A DNA stretch of 64,000 bases from a virus. Location of the stretch: the IMG/VR virus record IMGVR_UViG_3300021256_000097; one strand, given 5' to 3'. Shown here piece by piece: positions 47,976 to 56,450 of the stretch. Each line of letters begins with the position of its first letter. Position 1 is the first letter of the stretch. Below the pieces are notes generated by a model. That model was not told where the DNA came from and ran no database searches. It was given only the letters and a program-made list of their open reading frames with translations. The translations under genes were made by a program, and so were the position numbers.

Positions 47976-48530
47976 ATGATTACCTATTCAAAAGTATTTT
48001 ACGATAAAAATACAGATAATTTTTATAATAGCCTCACATGTGGAAAAGATACCAAAGATATGATTCCAGTAGATGATTTATGGATTATACATAATGAAGC
48101 TACAATTCTTGGTAAAAGTGCTATAAATACTTATACAAGGTATCTTAACAATATTTCCAGAAACCCTTCTAACTATATTACTTGGAAAGTATCCAAGTAT
48201 GGTATACTTTCAAATAATGAAAATACTAAAAAGAGAATTAGAGTAATAGAAGCTGGACTTGGAAGCTCAGCTAGAAGTATTGTATACACAGAGCAAAATG
48301 AAAAATACATTGTATCTTTTATTCAGAATGGCAGGTGTAGACGGCGCTACTCTTATCCAAATAAGAAAGACTCTACATTTAATTTGGGGTATGTTCGATT
48401 CTTAGAAGAAAATAAAGAAGAACTATTAAGCCTTGGTTTTGAAGAATATATGGATATAAGATTTGAGCTTAAGCCAAGAAGAATACAGTATATGACTAAA
48501 GATGATGCTGCGGTTTATTTTGATGATTAA
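47976..48530 (+). CDS. Hypothetical protein with no promoter motif or RBS of its own
   Basis: The ORF starts 10 nt after the terminator. Confidence 0.4.
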   Translation: MITYSKVFYDKNTDNFYNSLTCGKDTKDMIPVDDLWIIHNEATILGKSAINTYTRYLNNISRNPSNYITWKVSKYGILSNNENTKKRIRVIEAGLGSSARSIVYTEQNEKYIVSFIQNGRCRRRYSYPNKKDSTFNLGYVRFLEENKEELLSLGFEEYMDIRFELKPRRIQYMTKDDAAVYFDD

Positions 48531-48660
48531 TCTATTTTCAGAAACATAACTAATTTAAAACCTAAAAATAAGTTAGCATATCGCAGCCGTATTGTCTCTA
48601 TTTAAGCTCGCTGCGGTGATTAGAATCTAACATTTAGGAAAGCTGCGTCCTAATTAACGT

Positions 48661-49344
48661 ATGAATCTAAGTAAGAAACATACGAAAAAACAAAAGAAGC
48701 CGCTTTCATGGTCAACACATTTCTGGGTTGTAGCATATACTATAGGTTACATGATTTTAACCCTTTTATACTGCTTACCTAGACTTATAGTTCAGCTAGC
48801 CGGACCTGGATTTAATCCATATTGGCTATCTGTAACGGCGACAAGTGGAATTCCATTGGAAATCTTTGCTTGGGGCTTGTTAGTAATCTGTGCTGGATAT
48901 TCTGGTATAGACAGAGCTTCATTAGCAACAAAGTCATCCATGATGGAAGTAGGATGCTGCGATATGGGCGATCCTGCAAAATTAAGAAGCGTAATTTATT
49001 TGCTGACGGCAGTATTCATTGAGAGTATTGCTTTGAACTTCTTCTTTGGGCAGGATTTTACAAAGATGACTGTTATTGCAGGAACTACGGAAGAAATAAC
49101 TAGGGTTTACCCTGGATTAAATCTTCCATTGGAAGGCGTGAGCTCCGCCTTAATGTCAACAGTTGTTGTATATGTTCTTGGTAACAAGTCTATACGTTTA
49201 ACTCAAACAATGGACCATACAAAAGCAGATGAGGATTGGGCTGATGAGAAAGAAGACCGAGTTTATGTAAAGAACGCGGAAAGTACTCAGCCAGCTGAAA
49301 AATCCGATCTAGGGTATCATGAAGATGAAATCCTAGGCATGTAG
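48661..49344 (+). CDS. Multi-pass membrane protein
   Basis: Several hydrophobic helices. Confidence 0.5.
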   Translation: MNLSKKHTKKQKKPLSWSTHFWVVAYTIGYMILTLLYCLPRLIVQLAGPGFNPYWLSVTATSGIPLEIFAWGLLVICAGYSGIDRASLATKSSMMEVGCCDMGDPAKLRSVIYLLTAVFIESIALNFFFGQDFTKMTVIAGTTEEITRVYPGLNLPLEGVSSALMSTVVVYVLGNKSIRLTQTMDHTKADEDWADEKEDRVYVKNAESTQPAEKSDLGYHEDEILGM

Positions 49345-49439
49345 ATTCATGTTGAGATATAAATAACCTTAAAGGTTCGCCGGTTCCACGACGAGCCTTT
49401 TTTTATTATTTATGCCAATATATAATTATTGGAGAGCTT

Positions 49440-49610
49440 ATGAAACCTATAATTTTATTTTTTGCTGGTTTCGTGATTTTAGGATTTTCACTAATGCTAA
49501 AGTCCGGATATACACCTATAAAAACTGTAGAGTCGGATAAGTCATATAAGCTTGAAGCAGTTTGTCCAAAGAAACATTGGAAAAATGAAATTCCTGTAAA
49601 AGATATTTAG
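49440..49610 (+). CDS. Small membrane protein (56 aa), not in the ORF track
   Basis: GGAGAG RBS and an N-terminal TM segment. Confidence 0.3.
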   Translation: MKPIILFFAGFVILGFSLMLKSGYTPIKTVESDKSYKLEAVCPKKHWKNEIPVKDI

Positions 49611-49669
49611 GATTCTACAGTAGAGGCTACATATTATATATGTAGCTTTTATTATATATGGAGGTAGCT

Positions 49670-50071
49670 ATGAGAACAAAAGAAAAGAAATACGTATTGG
49701 ATAATGGATCAGTACGCCTTCCAATTGCAAGCAAACTTGTTAAGAACATTTACAATGATAAGTTTGTTGGATGGTCCCGTTACGGAAGTTATGGTACTCT
49801 TGCATTCAATTTCACAAAGCCAAAGAACACTACCTATTTTCAGATTCTGAAGTCTTTCTACGACAATATGCTGCCTATGCGTATGGGTGATGCAAAACAG
49901 TCTGTTGGACTTCCGCGTAATTATTGGTCAACCTTTACTGGTGCAGTAACTGATTTTGGCCTTCTCCGTCGCGTTCCGGGTTCGTGGAACTATGAGCTTA
50001 CTTCAACTGGCATGATCTATGTCAAAGAAGTTCTTGCTGGCCGTGACGAGTTCCAGATTGTACAGGCCTAA
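49670..50071 (+). CDS. Hypothetical protein
   Basis: Promoter 49629-49638 and a GGAGG RBS. Confidence 0.5.
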   Translation: MRTKEKKYVLDNGSVRLPIASKLVKNIYNDKFVGWSRYGSYGTLAFNFTKPKNTTYFQILKSFYDNMLPMRMGDAKQSVGLPRNYWSTFTGAVTDFGLLRRVPGSWNYELTSTGMIYVKEVLAGRDEFQIVQA

Positions 50072-50074
50072 ATC

Positions 50075-50446
50075 ATGATTCAGCGAATGAAAACAAAAGC
50101 CCCGAAATATCGAGGTGTATCAGATAATATTAAAGCGCAGTTGCGACAGCTTGACGAGGGCCTTCACCAGTTTGACTATCTTGACAAGAATTGTATTTAT
50201 ATTAAGAAATGGCACTACAAGCAGCATCGTAACTGGTTTACTAAAACATATCGTACAAAGAGAAGTCGGGATATGATGGTAAGAACAGTAAGTTGTGTTC
50301 CGGGTTCTGATAGCATTAGAGACCAGATTTACGCAATTCTGGATAAGAATGTAAACCTGCCTCATACTAAAAAAGGGCTTGCTAAGTATTTGAATCGTAA
50401 ACTTAAGGAAGTCCAGTTGGATAGGTATTGGGTAATTTTTTACTAA
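50075..50446 (+). CDS. Hypothetical basic protein
   Basis: ORF, coupled to the upstream gene. Confidence 0.45.
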   Translation: MIQRMKTKAPKYRGVSDNIKAQLRQLDEGLHQFDYLDKNCIYIKKWHYKQHRNWFTKTYRTKRSRDMMVRTVSCVPGSDSIRDQIYAILDKNVNLPHTKKGLAKYLNRKLKEVQLDRYWVIFY

Positions 50447-50498
50447 TCACTTATACTTCTGCAGTTTTATTTACATATAATATTTGTATGGAGGAATT

Positions 50499-50723
50499 AT
50501 GAAAAAGGTATTCAATATTCTTGTTCAGGTATCAGTTGAAGATACAGGTCGAGAAAACATCATCAAGCATTTGGATAACATTTGTAATAATGTAAACAAT
50601 TGCTGTCAGACGGAACCTGAAAGTGATGTTACTGGCGAAGCAATTATTGATGGCTACTGGAATTCAGAGGAAGACTATATGGCGGGTCAAGATTGCCGTG
50701 ATGATGATAACTGGGAGGAATAA
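50499..50723 (+). CDS. Small acidic protein
   Basis: Promoter 50473-50482 and a GGAGGA RBS. Confidence 0.45.
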   Translation: MKKVFNILVQVSVEDTGRENIIKHLDNICNNVNNCCQTEPESDVTGEAIIDGYWNSEEDYMAGQDCRDDDNWEE

Positions 50724-50996
50724 ATGGAAGAAGCTAAGTTAGAAGAAGTTCAGACATTAGCTGACTACACCCAGTTTGTAAAAAATATGGACCCAAAACT
50801 TAAAATAAGATTTGGTGGAATACATGGCGATCCAATGGTAGGTTTCCAGTTGGGTAATATTAAGCAGATGTACAGGATGGATTCCGGAAATAACTTTCCA
50901 AAGTTTGTTATGGATTCACATCTTAAGTTTATGCAGGATTTGGCTCTTAATCACTTAAAAGATCCAGATGCTCAGGAGGTAATTTTTGGCAAATAA
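50724..50996 (+). CDS. Hypothetical protein
   Basis: Coupled start. Confidence 0.45.
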   Translation: MEEAKLEEVQTLADYTQFVKNMDPKLKIRFGGIHGDPMVGFQLGNIKQMYRMDSGNNFPKFVMDSHLKFMQDLALNHLKDPDAQEVIFGK

Positions 50997-51210
50997 AGCA
51001 AGCGCTTCAGCTTCAAGCGGAATTGGTATTGGAACAGTATGTTTTATTGTATTCGTAATTTTGAAGGTTATGAATATCGCACCTATCGCAAGCTGGTCTT
51101 GGCTTAAGGTAATTCTTTTACCGGTAGCTATCAGTTTTATTCCAGCACTGATTGTAATGTTTTTCTGGATAATTGGTCTTCTTTTCCTTTGGCTTTTTTC
51201 AAGGAAATAG
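50986..51210 (+). CDS. Small membrane protein
   Basis: Two TM helices. Confidence 0.4.
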   Translation: MANKASASASSGIGIGTVCFIVFVILKVMNIAPIASWSWLKVILLPVAISFIPALIVMFFWIIGLLFLWLFSRK

Positions 51211-51228
51211 GCTAATCTATTATTGTAA

Positions 51229-51238
51229 ACATATTATA
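51229..51238 (+). promoter_or_regulatory. Promoter core ACATATTATA upstream of the tmRNA
   Basis: Core motif about 60 nt before the tmRNA 5' end. Confidence 0.55.
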
Positions 51239-51297
51239 CAAAGTTAAAAATATTTATTTAAAAAATATTACATTTAAAAAACGTATAAATATATTAT

Positions 51298-51663
51298 GGG
51301 CCTGACTTTGGAATCGATTGGTATCAGAGTAGTCTATGTATCATGCACAGTGGTTATTGTACCCTAAAAGCAACGTAAGTAATCGACGCACAGAACGAAT
51401 ATGCAATGGCTGCGTAAGCAACCTAGCATCTAGAGACTTCGAGAGCTCTAGCGCTTGAACCAACAGATGTAGGTGGTATGGTTTTAAGTGTGGCTACTAC
51501 CTTCTAGGAAGCAGTGAGAGGCGGAGCGAGAGCTTGTAACTGTAACGACAATACTAGGGCAGAATCCGGTTGCCGGTCCCGAATCGAAAAAAGGCTTAAG
51601 CATGTAGAGAAGTACATATTCAAAAAGGTAAGCAAGACGAGAGTTCGAAACTCTCCAGGTCCA
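51298..51663 (+). ncRNA. ssrA: tmRNA (SsrA), standard one-piece form. The tag reading frame is (D)AQNEYAMAA-stop at 51385/51388-51417.
   Basis: The 5' end GGGCCTGACTTTGGAATCGATTGG matches tmRNA GGGGCTGATTCTGGATTCGACGGG. The conserved TAAGCATGTAG motif is present. The 3' tRNA-like end is gagag-ttcgaaa-ctctc plus acceptor caggtcc, which pairs with the 5' gggcctg. The ORF gca cag aac gaa tat gca atg gct gcg taa is present. Confidence 0.8.
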
Positions 51664-51689
51664 GTTCGGTAAATATAACTAATTTAAGT

Positions 51690-52382
51690 ATGGAAACAGA
51701 AAGAATTAGATATATTTATCAAATTACAAATTTGGTTAATGGAAAAACTTATTTTGGTCAACGTACTAGAAGCTTAAAGTATACTTCTTCTTTAGCAGAT
51801 ATGTATTGGGGATCAGGAGTTTTATTAAAAAAAGCTAAAGAAAAATATGGCTTAGAAAATTTTGAGAAGAAAATTATAATAGAGGGTCATTTTTCTAAGG
51901 AACAGATAAATCGCTTTGAAAGATGTATAATACGTATTCAGCGTTTTATAGGTAAAGCAGAGTATAATCTTGCAGATGGTGGTGATGGTGGTGATACCTC
52001 AAGATTTATAGATTATTCCTCAATTGAACGTTCAGAAAATATTTCGAATGCAATGAAGGAAGCTTATAAAGAAGGTAAAATAAAACCACGCGGGTGGACC
52101 TTTCATAAGGGTATGAAAGGGAAACATCAATCTGATGATGCTAAAGAAAAAATTCGAAAGGCACAGTCAGGATGTAAAAATTCACAATATGGCAAGCATC
52201 GTTCTGAAGAAACAAAAAAGCGAATACGAACTGCTTTAGCGAGAGATTATAAAGCTGAATATAAAGAGCTGTATGAAGCTTTTTTAGACCATGTTTTATC
52301 TTCTGATGAAAAAAGGCTTTTTGCTAAGAAATATAATATTGCATATGACTCTATAAATAGAGTTTTAAGGCAATTTATATAG
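51690..52382 (+). CDS. GIY-YIG homing endonuclease (I-TevI/Seg-like, with NUMOD3 repeats), free-standing directly after the tmRNA
   Basis: YIYQITNLVNGKTYFGQ (GIY-YIG), YNLADGGDGGDT, and repeated KGMKGKHQSDDAKEKIRKA / QYGKHRSEETKKRIRTA NUMOD3-like motifs. Confidence 0.85.
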   Translation: METERIRYIYQITNLVNGKTYFGQRTRSLKYTSSLADMYWGSGVLLKKAKEKYGLENFEKKIIIEGHFSKEQINRFERCIIRIQRFIGKAEYNLADGGDGGDTSRFIDYSSIERSENISNAMKEAYKEGKIKPRGWTFHKGMKGKHQSDDAKEKIRKAQSGCKNSQYGKHRSEETKKRIRTALARDYKAEYKELYEAFLDHVLSSDEKRLFAKKYNIAYDSINRVLRQFI

Positions 52383-52483
52383 ATTTCCTTGTTTCAAAGT
52401 AAACAAGGTGGTGGAAGGTTGTATCTAACTGGATACATCCCTCAGTGTTTTTAGGACTTATCTTCTTTCTGCTAATATAGCAG

Positions 52484-52897
52484 TTGGAGGATATGGTTTT
52501 GAAAACATATTTTTTTGTAGCTGTTGTAGTTGCTGGTGTAACTGAATGGCTTAAGAATTTCCTTCCTGCAAAGGTAGTGGAAAACAATAAGGCAATGGCT
52601 GGAATTGCTGGCGCAATGTCAGTAATTGGATCTCTCGCTTACATCTTTATCAATAAAGCAATTAATCCAGATGTAGCTCTTACATGGCAGAATATTATAG
52701 TATTTACTGTAATGGTTGTTGGTCTTGTTCAGGTCAGCTATAATGTACTTGTACAGACTTTCAAAGCTGTTAAAACAAAGCTGACACAGAAAGCGGGTGT
52801 TGATCCAGAAACTGCTGCTGATGAGATTGCTGATAAGGTTATTGAGGGAATTACAAGCGAAGTAACAGGTTTGCCTACAACTAAAAAAGAAAAGTAA
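52484..52897 (+). CDS. Membrane protein, possibly holin-like (speculative)
   Basis: 2-3 TM helices and a charged C-terminus. Confidence 0.4.
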   Translation: MEDMVLKTYFFVAVVVAGVTEWLKNFLPAKVVENNKAMAGIAGAMSVIGSLAYIFINKAINPDVALTWQNIIVFTVMVVGLVQVSYNVLVQTFKAVKTKLTQKAGVDPETAADEIADKVIEGITSEVTGLPTTKKEK

Positions 52898-52967
52898 GTT
52901 TAGCTAGTTTTGTACTTCTACAGTAGAATAAACATATTATATATGTAATCTATTTGTGGAGGTACTT

Positions 52968-53291
52968 ATGGTTGAATTGAAATTCAAAAGTTGGGAAGCA
53001 TTTCAGAAAGTTCCCCTTCAGATTCTTAAGATGAAGTTTCTTGAGAAGCAGTGTCTTAATGAAAAGGGTGAACGTGAAATTGCAATCACAGTTGATGTAG
53101 CTGGTGATGAATTTACTTATGGCGTACGTTATTTTTCTAATATGAACGTTGCTATGAGATTTGAGATAATTTTCGAAATGTCACAGTTTGATGACAATAT
53201 TGAATGTTGTCCAGAACTTCGCCAGTGTCATACAGCAGATGAAGCTTGGGCTTTTCTTGAGGAGCAACTTAAAGAAAAGTTCGGCAACTGA
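52968..53291 (+). CDS. Hypothetical protein
   Basis: Promoter 52932-52941 and a GGAGG RBS. Confidence 0.5.
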   Translation: MVELKFKSWEAFQKVPLQILKMKFLEKQCLNEKGEREIAITVDVAGDEFTYGVRYFSNMNVAMRFEIIFEMSQFDDNIECCPELRQCHTADEAWAFLEEQLKEKFGN

Positions 53292-53493
53292 GAGCTAGGC
53301 TATGGCTGACTTGAACAACCTAAATGCCGTTAGTAACTAAAAAAGCCTTTACGGTTTTCTGGAGAAAACTACTTCGTATGTAGATGCTTGTCCTCTGAGG
53401 AGGCAAGTTAGACTTTAGTTTTAATTTAGTAAACATTTGGAACACGACGCTCGAAAAGGGTGTCGTGCTTTATTATTTCTGGAGGACTATTAT

Positions 53494-53679
53494 ATGTCTC
53501 AACTTATTGCCAATTTTATGGCTAATGTTCATGCATTTGGTGTTGACCCAATTTCAACAGCAATTGTCAGTTTTCTTATTGTAGATGTTCTTGTTATTGC
53601 GACATGTCTTATTAAAATTGCTATAATCTCAAGTAAAGAGAAAAAGCCACCAAAAGTGCGCAGATTCGGATCGTACTAA
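53494..53679 (+). CDS. Small membrane protein
   Basis: GGAGG RBS and one TM helix. Confidence 0.4.
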   Translation: MSQLIANFMANVHAFGVDPISTAIVSFLIVDVLVIATCLIKIAIISSKEKKPPKVRRFGSY

Positions 53680-53703
53680 ATTCATACTTATCAGAAAATA
53701 ATC

Positions 53704-53713
53704 ACATATTATA
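53704..53713 (+). promoter_or_regulatory. Promoter core ACATATTATA. An untranslated leader of about 280 nt follows before the sigma-factor gene.
   Basis: Core motif. The leader contains hairpins gtcttcaatagatagaagac and ctcaaccttgagtgttgagg. Confidence 0.5.
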
Positions 53714-53995
53714 TTTATAGTTACGCGATTAAATACGCGTACACGGTTAATCGATAGCTGGTCACGCTATAGCAGAGCTGTCTTCAATAGATAGAAGACA
53801 AAGCGGTTTTAGAGGATGACTGCTGGAGGTTTATTCAATGCTAGAACGTTTTTTGTCTCTCAACCTTGAGTGTTGAGGAAAGGCAACAAATGGCGCGGAT
53901 TAGTACTTACCGCTTAAAATAATAAGTAACATTCTTAAATATATAGTCTTCTATTCTTAACACTCAAGGCGAGTAAATTAAGATAGGAGACGCGA

Positions 53996-54697
53996 GTGTT
54001 TGAAGAAAAAACTGATTATGAGCTTTTCGCTCAGTACATTAAAAACCCAGGAGCAAATGAGGGAGACAAGAAAGCTGCTCTAACTCAACTCTGGATGCGT
54101 TATGAGGCGCTTACACACAAGATGGGACACGTACTTGAAGCGAGACGCAACAAAGGTAATTTCTACGGACTAGAAACAGAGACTTACTATTCCGATTTTT
54201 ATGATGCTTTCTTGAAGGCAGTTGATGGTTTGCAGCTCAGTAAAATTAAAACTGATCCAAAGACTTGGAAGTTCTGGATTCAGTATAATGGCTACTTGCG
54301 TTCTGCTAATCGTGATAAGATTAATGATTATTGCCGCATAACAAAGCATGAAAGACCAATTACGGTTACAAATGAAGATGGAGAGGAAGTCAGCATTGCA
54401 GATTTATGTGGTTCAGAATATTCTGCTACAATTGAAGATGATTACTTTAAGAGTGAAGAATCAGTAGTTCTTAAAGAAGCAATCAAAAATGCTTATTCAA
54501 AGTTTTCCGATAAGCAGAAGAAGATTTGGTCAATGCGTGAGGGTGGCGATACCTTTACAGCAATAGCTAAATCAATGAATGTATCATCTAGCTCCATTAA
54601 ATATCAGATGAATCGCATTAAAGACGTTTTACGCAGTGAGTTAAACGAGTCAAATAAGCGACATAACACTGAAATTCGTCCTGCTTGCTTAATGTAA
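53996..54697 (+). CDS. Sigma-70-family sigma factor (regions 2 and 4; small, FliA/ECF-like)
   Basis: FLKAVDGLQLSK...WKFWIQYNGYLRSA (region 2.2-2.3-like) and the C-terminal HTH FTAIAKSMNVSSSSIKYQMNRIKDVL (region 4). GTG start after AGGAG. Confidence 0.7.
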   Translation: MFEEKTDYELFAQYIKNPGANEGDKKAALTQLWMRYEALTHKMGHVLEARRNKGNFYGLETETYYSDFYDAFLKAVDGLQLSKIKTDPKTWKFWIQYNGYLRSANRDKINDYCRITKHERPITVTNEDGEEVSIADLCGSEYSATIEDDYFKSEESVVLKEAIKNAYSKFSDKQKKIWSMREGGDTFTAIAKSMNVSSSSIKYQMNRIKDVLRSELNESNKRHNTEIRPACLM

Positions 54698-54701
54698 AAT
54701 A

Positions 54702-54736
54702 AAAGCCCAGACTTAATGCCTGGGCTTTTGTTTTTA
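54702..54736. terminator. Bidirectional terminator between convergent genes
   Basis: aaaagcccagacttaatgcctgggctttt. Confidence 0.65.
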
Positions 54737-54743
54737 TTGGTGG

Positions 54744-54878
54744 CTAACGCCAGAGTAAAACTTCTGGGTTATTTACGATCTTGGTAGCTGCTCCTTCGAT
54801 TCCAGCTTTCCAATCATAAGTTCCATTCTTAATAGCTTTTTTAATAGCTTTAACCTTTTCTGATTTGATTTTTGGCAT
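54744..54878 (-). CDS. FlgM-like anti-sigma peptide (44 aa), not in the ORF track
   Basis: EKVKAIKKAIKNGTYDWKAGIEGAATKIV matches the FlgM C-terminal sigma-28-binding region ([27 protein letters not shown]). It has its own AGGAGG RBS and a minus-strand ACATATTATG promoter at 54891-54909. Confidence 0.4.
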   Translation of the reverse strand: MPKIKSEKVKAIKKAIKNGTYDWKAGIEGAATKIVNNPEVLLWR

Positions 54879-54928
54879 TATACCAATTCCTCCTGTTATA
54901 CATAATATGTATATATCTATGCAGAAGT

Positions 54929-55264
54929 CTAATTTTTTATATTTTCTTTTAAGAAATTACGATAAGCTTTATTAAAGATAGCTTTATTTACTCCGAGAGT
55001 AGCATAATTTATGCTAGTTGTACCAGGTGCCGGAGGTGGAGTAACATCGAGCTTATCAAATACTTTGTGAATAACTTTCTTTTCTGACTCAGAGAGTTTA
55101 TTAAAATCAAATCCTACTATAGATAACGCATCTTCATGTACTTTATACACATTACGGTTCGCTATTTCGCCCTTAGCATTTCTATACTTGAATGCTACCA
55201 TTTTTGAATCATCAGCTACGGCTTCTTCAGCAACTTGTGTTGAATCTAATACTTCTTCTTCCAT
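54929..55264 (-). CDS. Hypothetical protein, a paralog of 61320..61589. The true start is probably the internal M22.
   Basis: About 40% identity to the + strand paralog (NAKGE...VTP.P....S.DYA.LG). Confidence 0.5.
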   Translation of the reverse strand: MEEEVLDSTQVAEEAVADDSKMVAFKYRNAKGEIANRNVYKVHEDALSIVGFDFNKLSESEKKVIHKVFDKLDVTPPPAPGTTSINYATLGVNKAIFNKAYRNFLKENIKN

Positions 55265-55331
55265 AAAATTATTAGTAAGTTCTATGCTTCTGTAAATCTA
55301 CTGACATATTATGCGTAGAAAGGAGGATTAT

Positions 55332-55703
55332 ATGAATGAGCAGCTCTTAGACGCATTATTGGGCGACTATGGTGAATACTATGGCAGTATTTTGCGTCTT
55401 AATCTTGGATCATACGCTGGTACATCAAATATTGACCCTGAATTTGAAGTTGATACAAATGATGATGGAACAAAGTTTGTAAAAAATTGTAATTCAGACA
55501 AGATTGTTGAAGCATGTATTGACGGTTTCAAAAATCATCTTCGTGACGCTGATAAATATGAAGATTATGACATCGACGAAATCACAGTTGAGAATCTTGG
55601 TGATTACTTGGCAAGAGAAGAAACAATAGGCTATGCGATCTATCAGTATGAGACCTGGCTCAATGAAGACAATAATGACGAGTCAGACGAAAAAGTAAAA
55701 TAA
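55332..55703 (+). CDS. Small, highly acidic protein
   Basis: Promoter 55304-55313 and an AGGAGG RBS. Confidence 0.5.
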   Translation: MNEQLLDALLGDYGEYYGSILRLNLGSYAGTSNIDPEFEVDTNDDGTKFVKNCNSDKIVEACIDGFKNHLRDADKYEDYDIDEITVENLGDYLAREETIGYAIYQYETWLNEDNNDESDEKVK

Positions 55704-55751
55704 TTTCTGTACTTCTGTATAGATGACAACATATTATAAACAGAGGTAATT

Positions 55752-56039
55752 ATGAAAAACTATTTGGGAATCAAAACAAAGACATTCAAGTTTACACATC
55801 AGCTGGTAATTGAAGATAACCAGATTGGTACATTCTGCCAGGAATTGGTAGACGTACTTAATCCATGTGGTACATTCAAAATGGCAGTTGGTACTGCAAT
55901 GTATCCAATGGTAGAAATCCGCGTACCAGAAGATTATGGTGTACAATTTGAAACATTTTTGGATAAGTGGTTTGGAAAAGGAACTGCTGATAAATGGCGT
56001 CAGGATGTCCTGGATGATGACGAGGACGAAACCGACTAA
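55752..56039 (+). CDS. Hypothetical protein
   Basis: Promoter 55728-55737 and an RBS. Confidence 0.5.
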   Translation: MKNYLGIKTKTFKFTHQLVIEDNQIGTFCQELVDVLNPCGTFKMAVGTAMYPMVEIRVPEDYGVQFETFLDKWFGKGTADKWRQDVLDDDEDETD

Positions 56040-56138
56040 GTAGACTTTTTGGGCTTCTACGTAGTAGCCCACATATTATAAGTGTAAATGAGAAAGCCTG
56101 AACTCAGGCTTTTGGTTAATAGTTCAAAGGAGGATAAC

Positions 56139-56384
56139 ATGAACGAAAACACAAATCCAGCTGTAGCAGCAGCAGTAAACCAGGCAGTAAATGCACTCCG
56201 CTTCAAGGGTGTATCAGCAGCAGCAAAGTACCTTTCAAATGAAAAGGGAATCGATCTTATGAATGCGCGTGACTGTATCTACAAGTCACTTCGTACTGCA
56301 AAGGGTGGAAAGACACATGGCTACAAAACAGCTCGTGATGAAGTAACTCGTGAAGTAATTCTTACACGCGTTCAGCCAGAATAA
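56139..56384 (+). CDS. Hypothetical protein
   Basis: Promoter 56071-56080 and an AGGAGG RBS. Confidence 0.45.
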   Translation: MNENTNPAVAAAVNQAVNALRFKGVSAAAKYLSNEKGIDLMNARDCIYKSLRTAKGGKTHGYKTARDEVTREVILTRVQPE

Positions 56385-56418
56385 GTTTTTAAGCAGCTGG
56401 AAAAATTATGGAGAAAAA

Positions 56419-56450
56419 GAGGACCAGATTTACCGGTCCTTTTTTATTTT
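56419..56450. terminator. Bidirectional terminator
   Basis: ggaccagatttaccggtcc plus T6. Confidence 0.6.

Noticed and set aside
51298-51663. Interpretation of the 5'/3'-paired element as a tRNA gene containing an intron of about 300 nt
   Set aside because: No D-arm or anticodon arm could be assembled. Instead the 5' end, the internal TAAGCATGTAG motif, the ...YAMAA-stop tag ORF and the 3' tRNA-like domain all match tmRNA.
51290-52400. Group I intron housing the GIY-YIG ORF
   Set aside because: The P7-like elements occur only in the wrong order. There are no flanking split-gene exons. The upstream RNA is explained as tmRNA.
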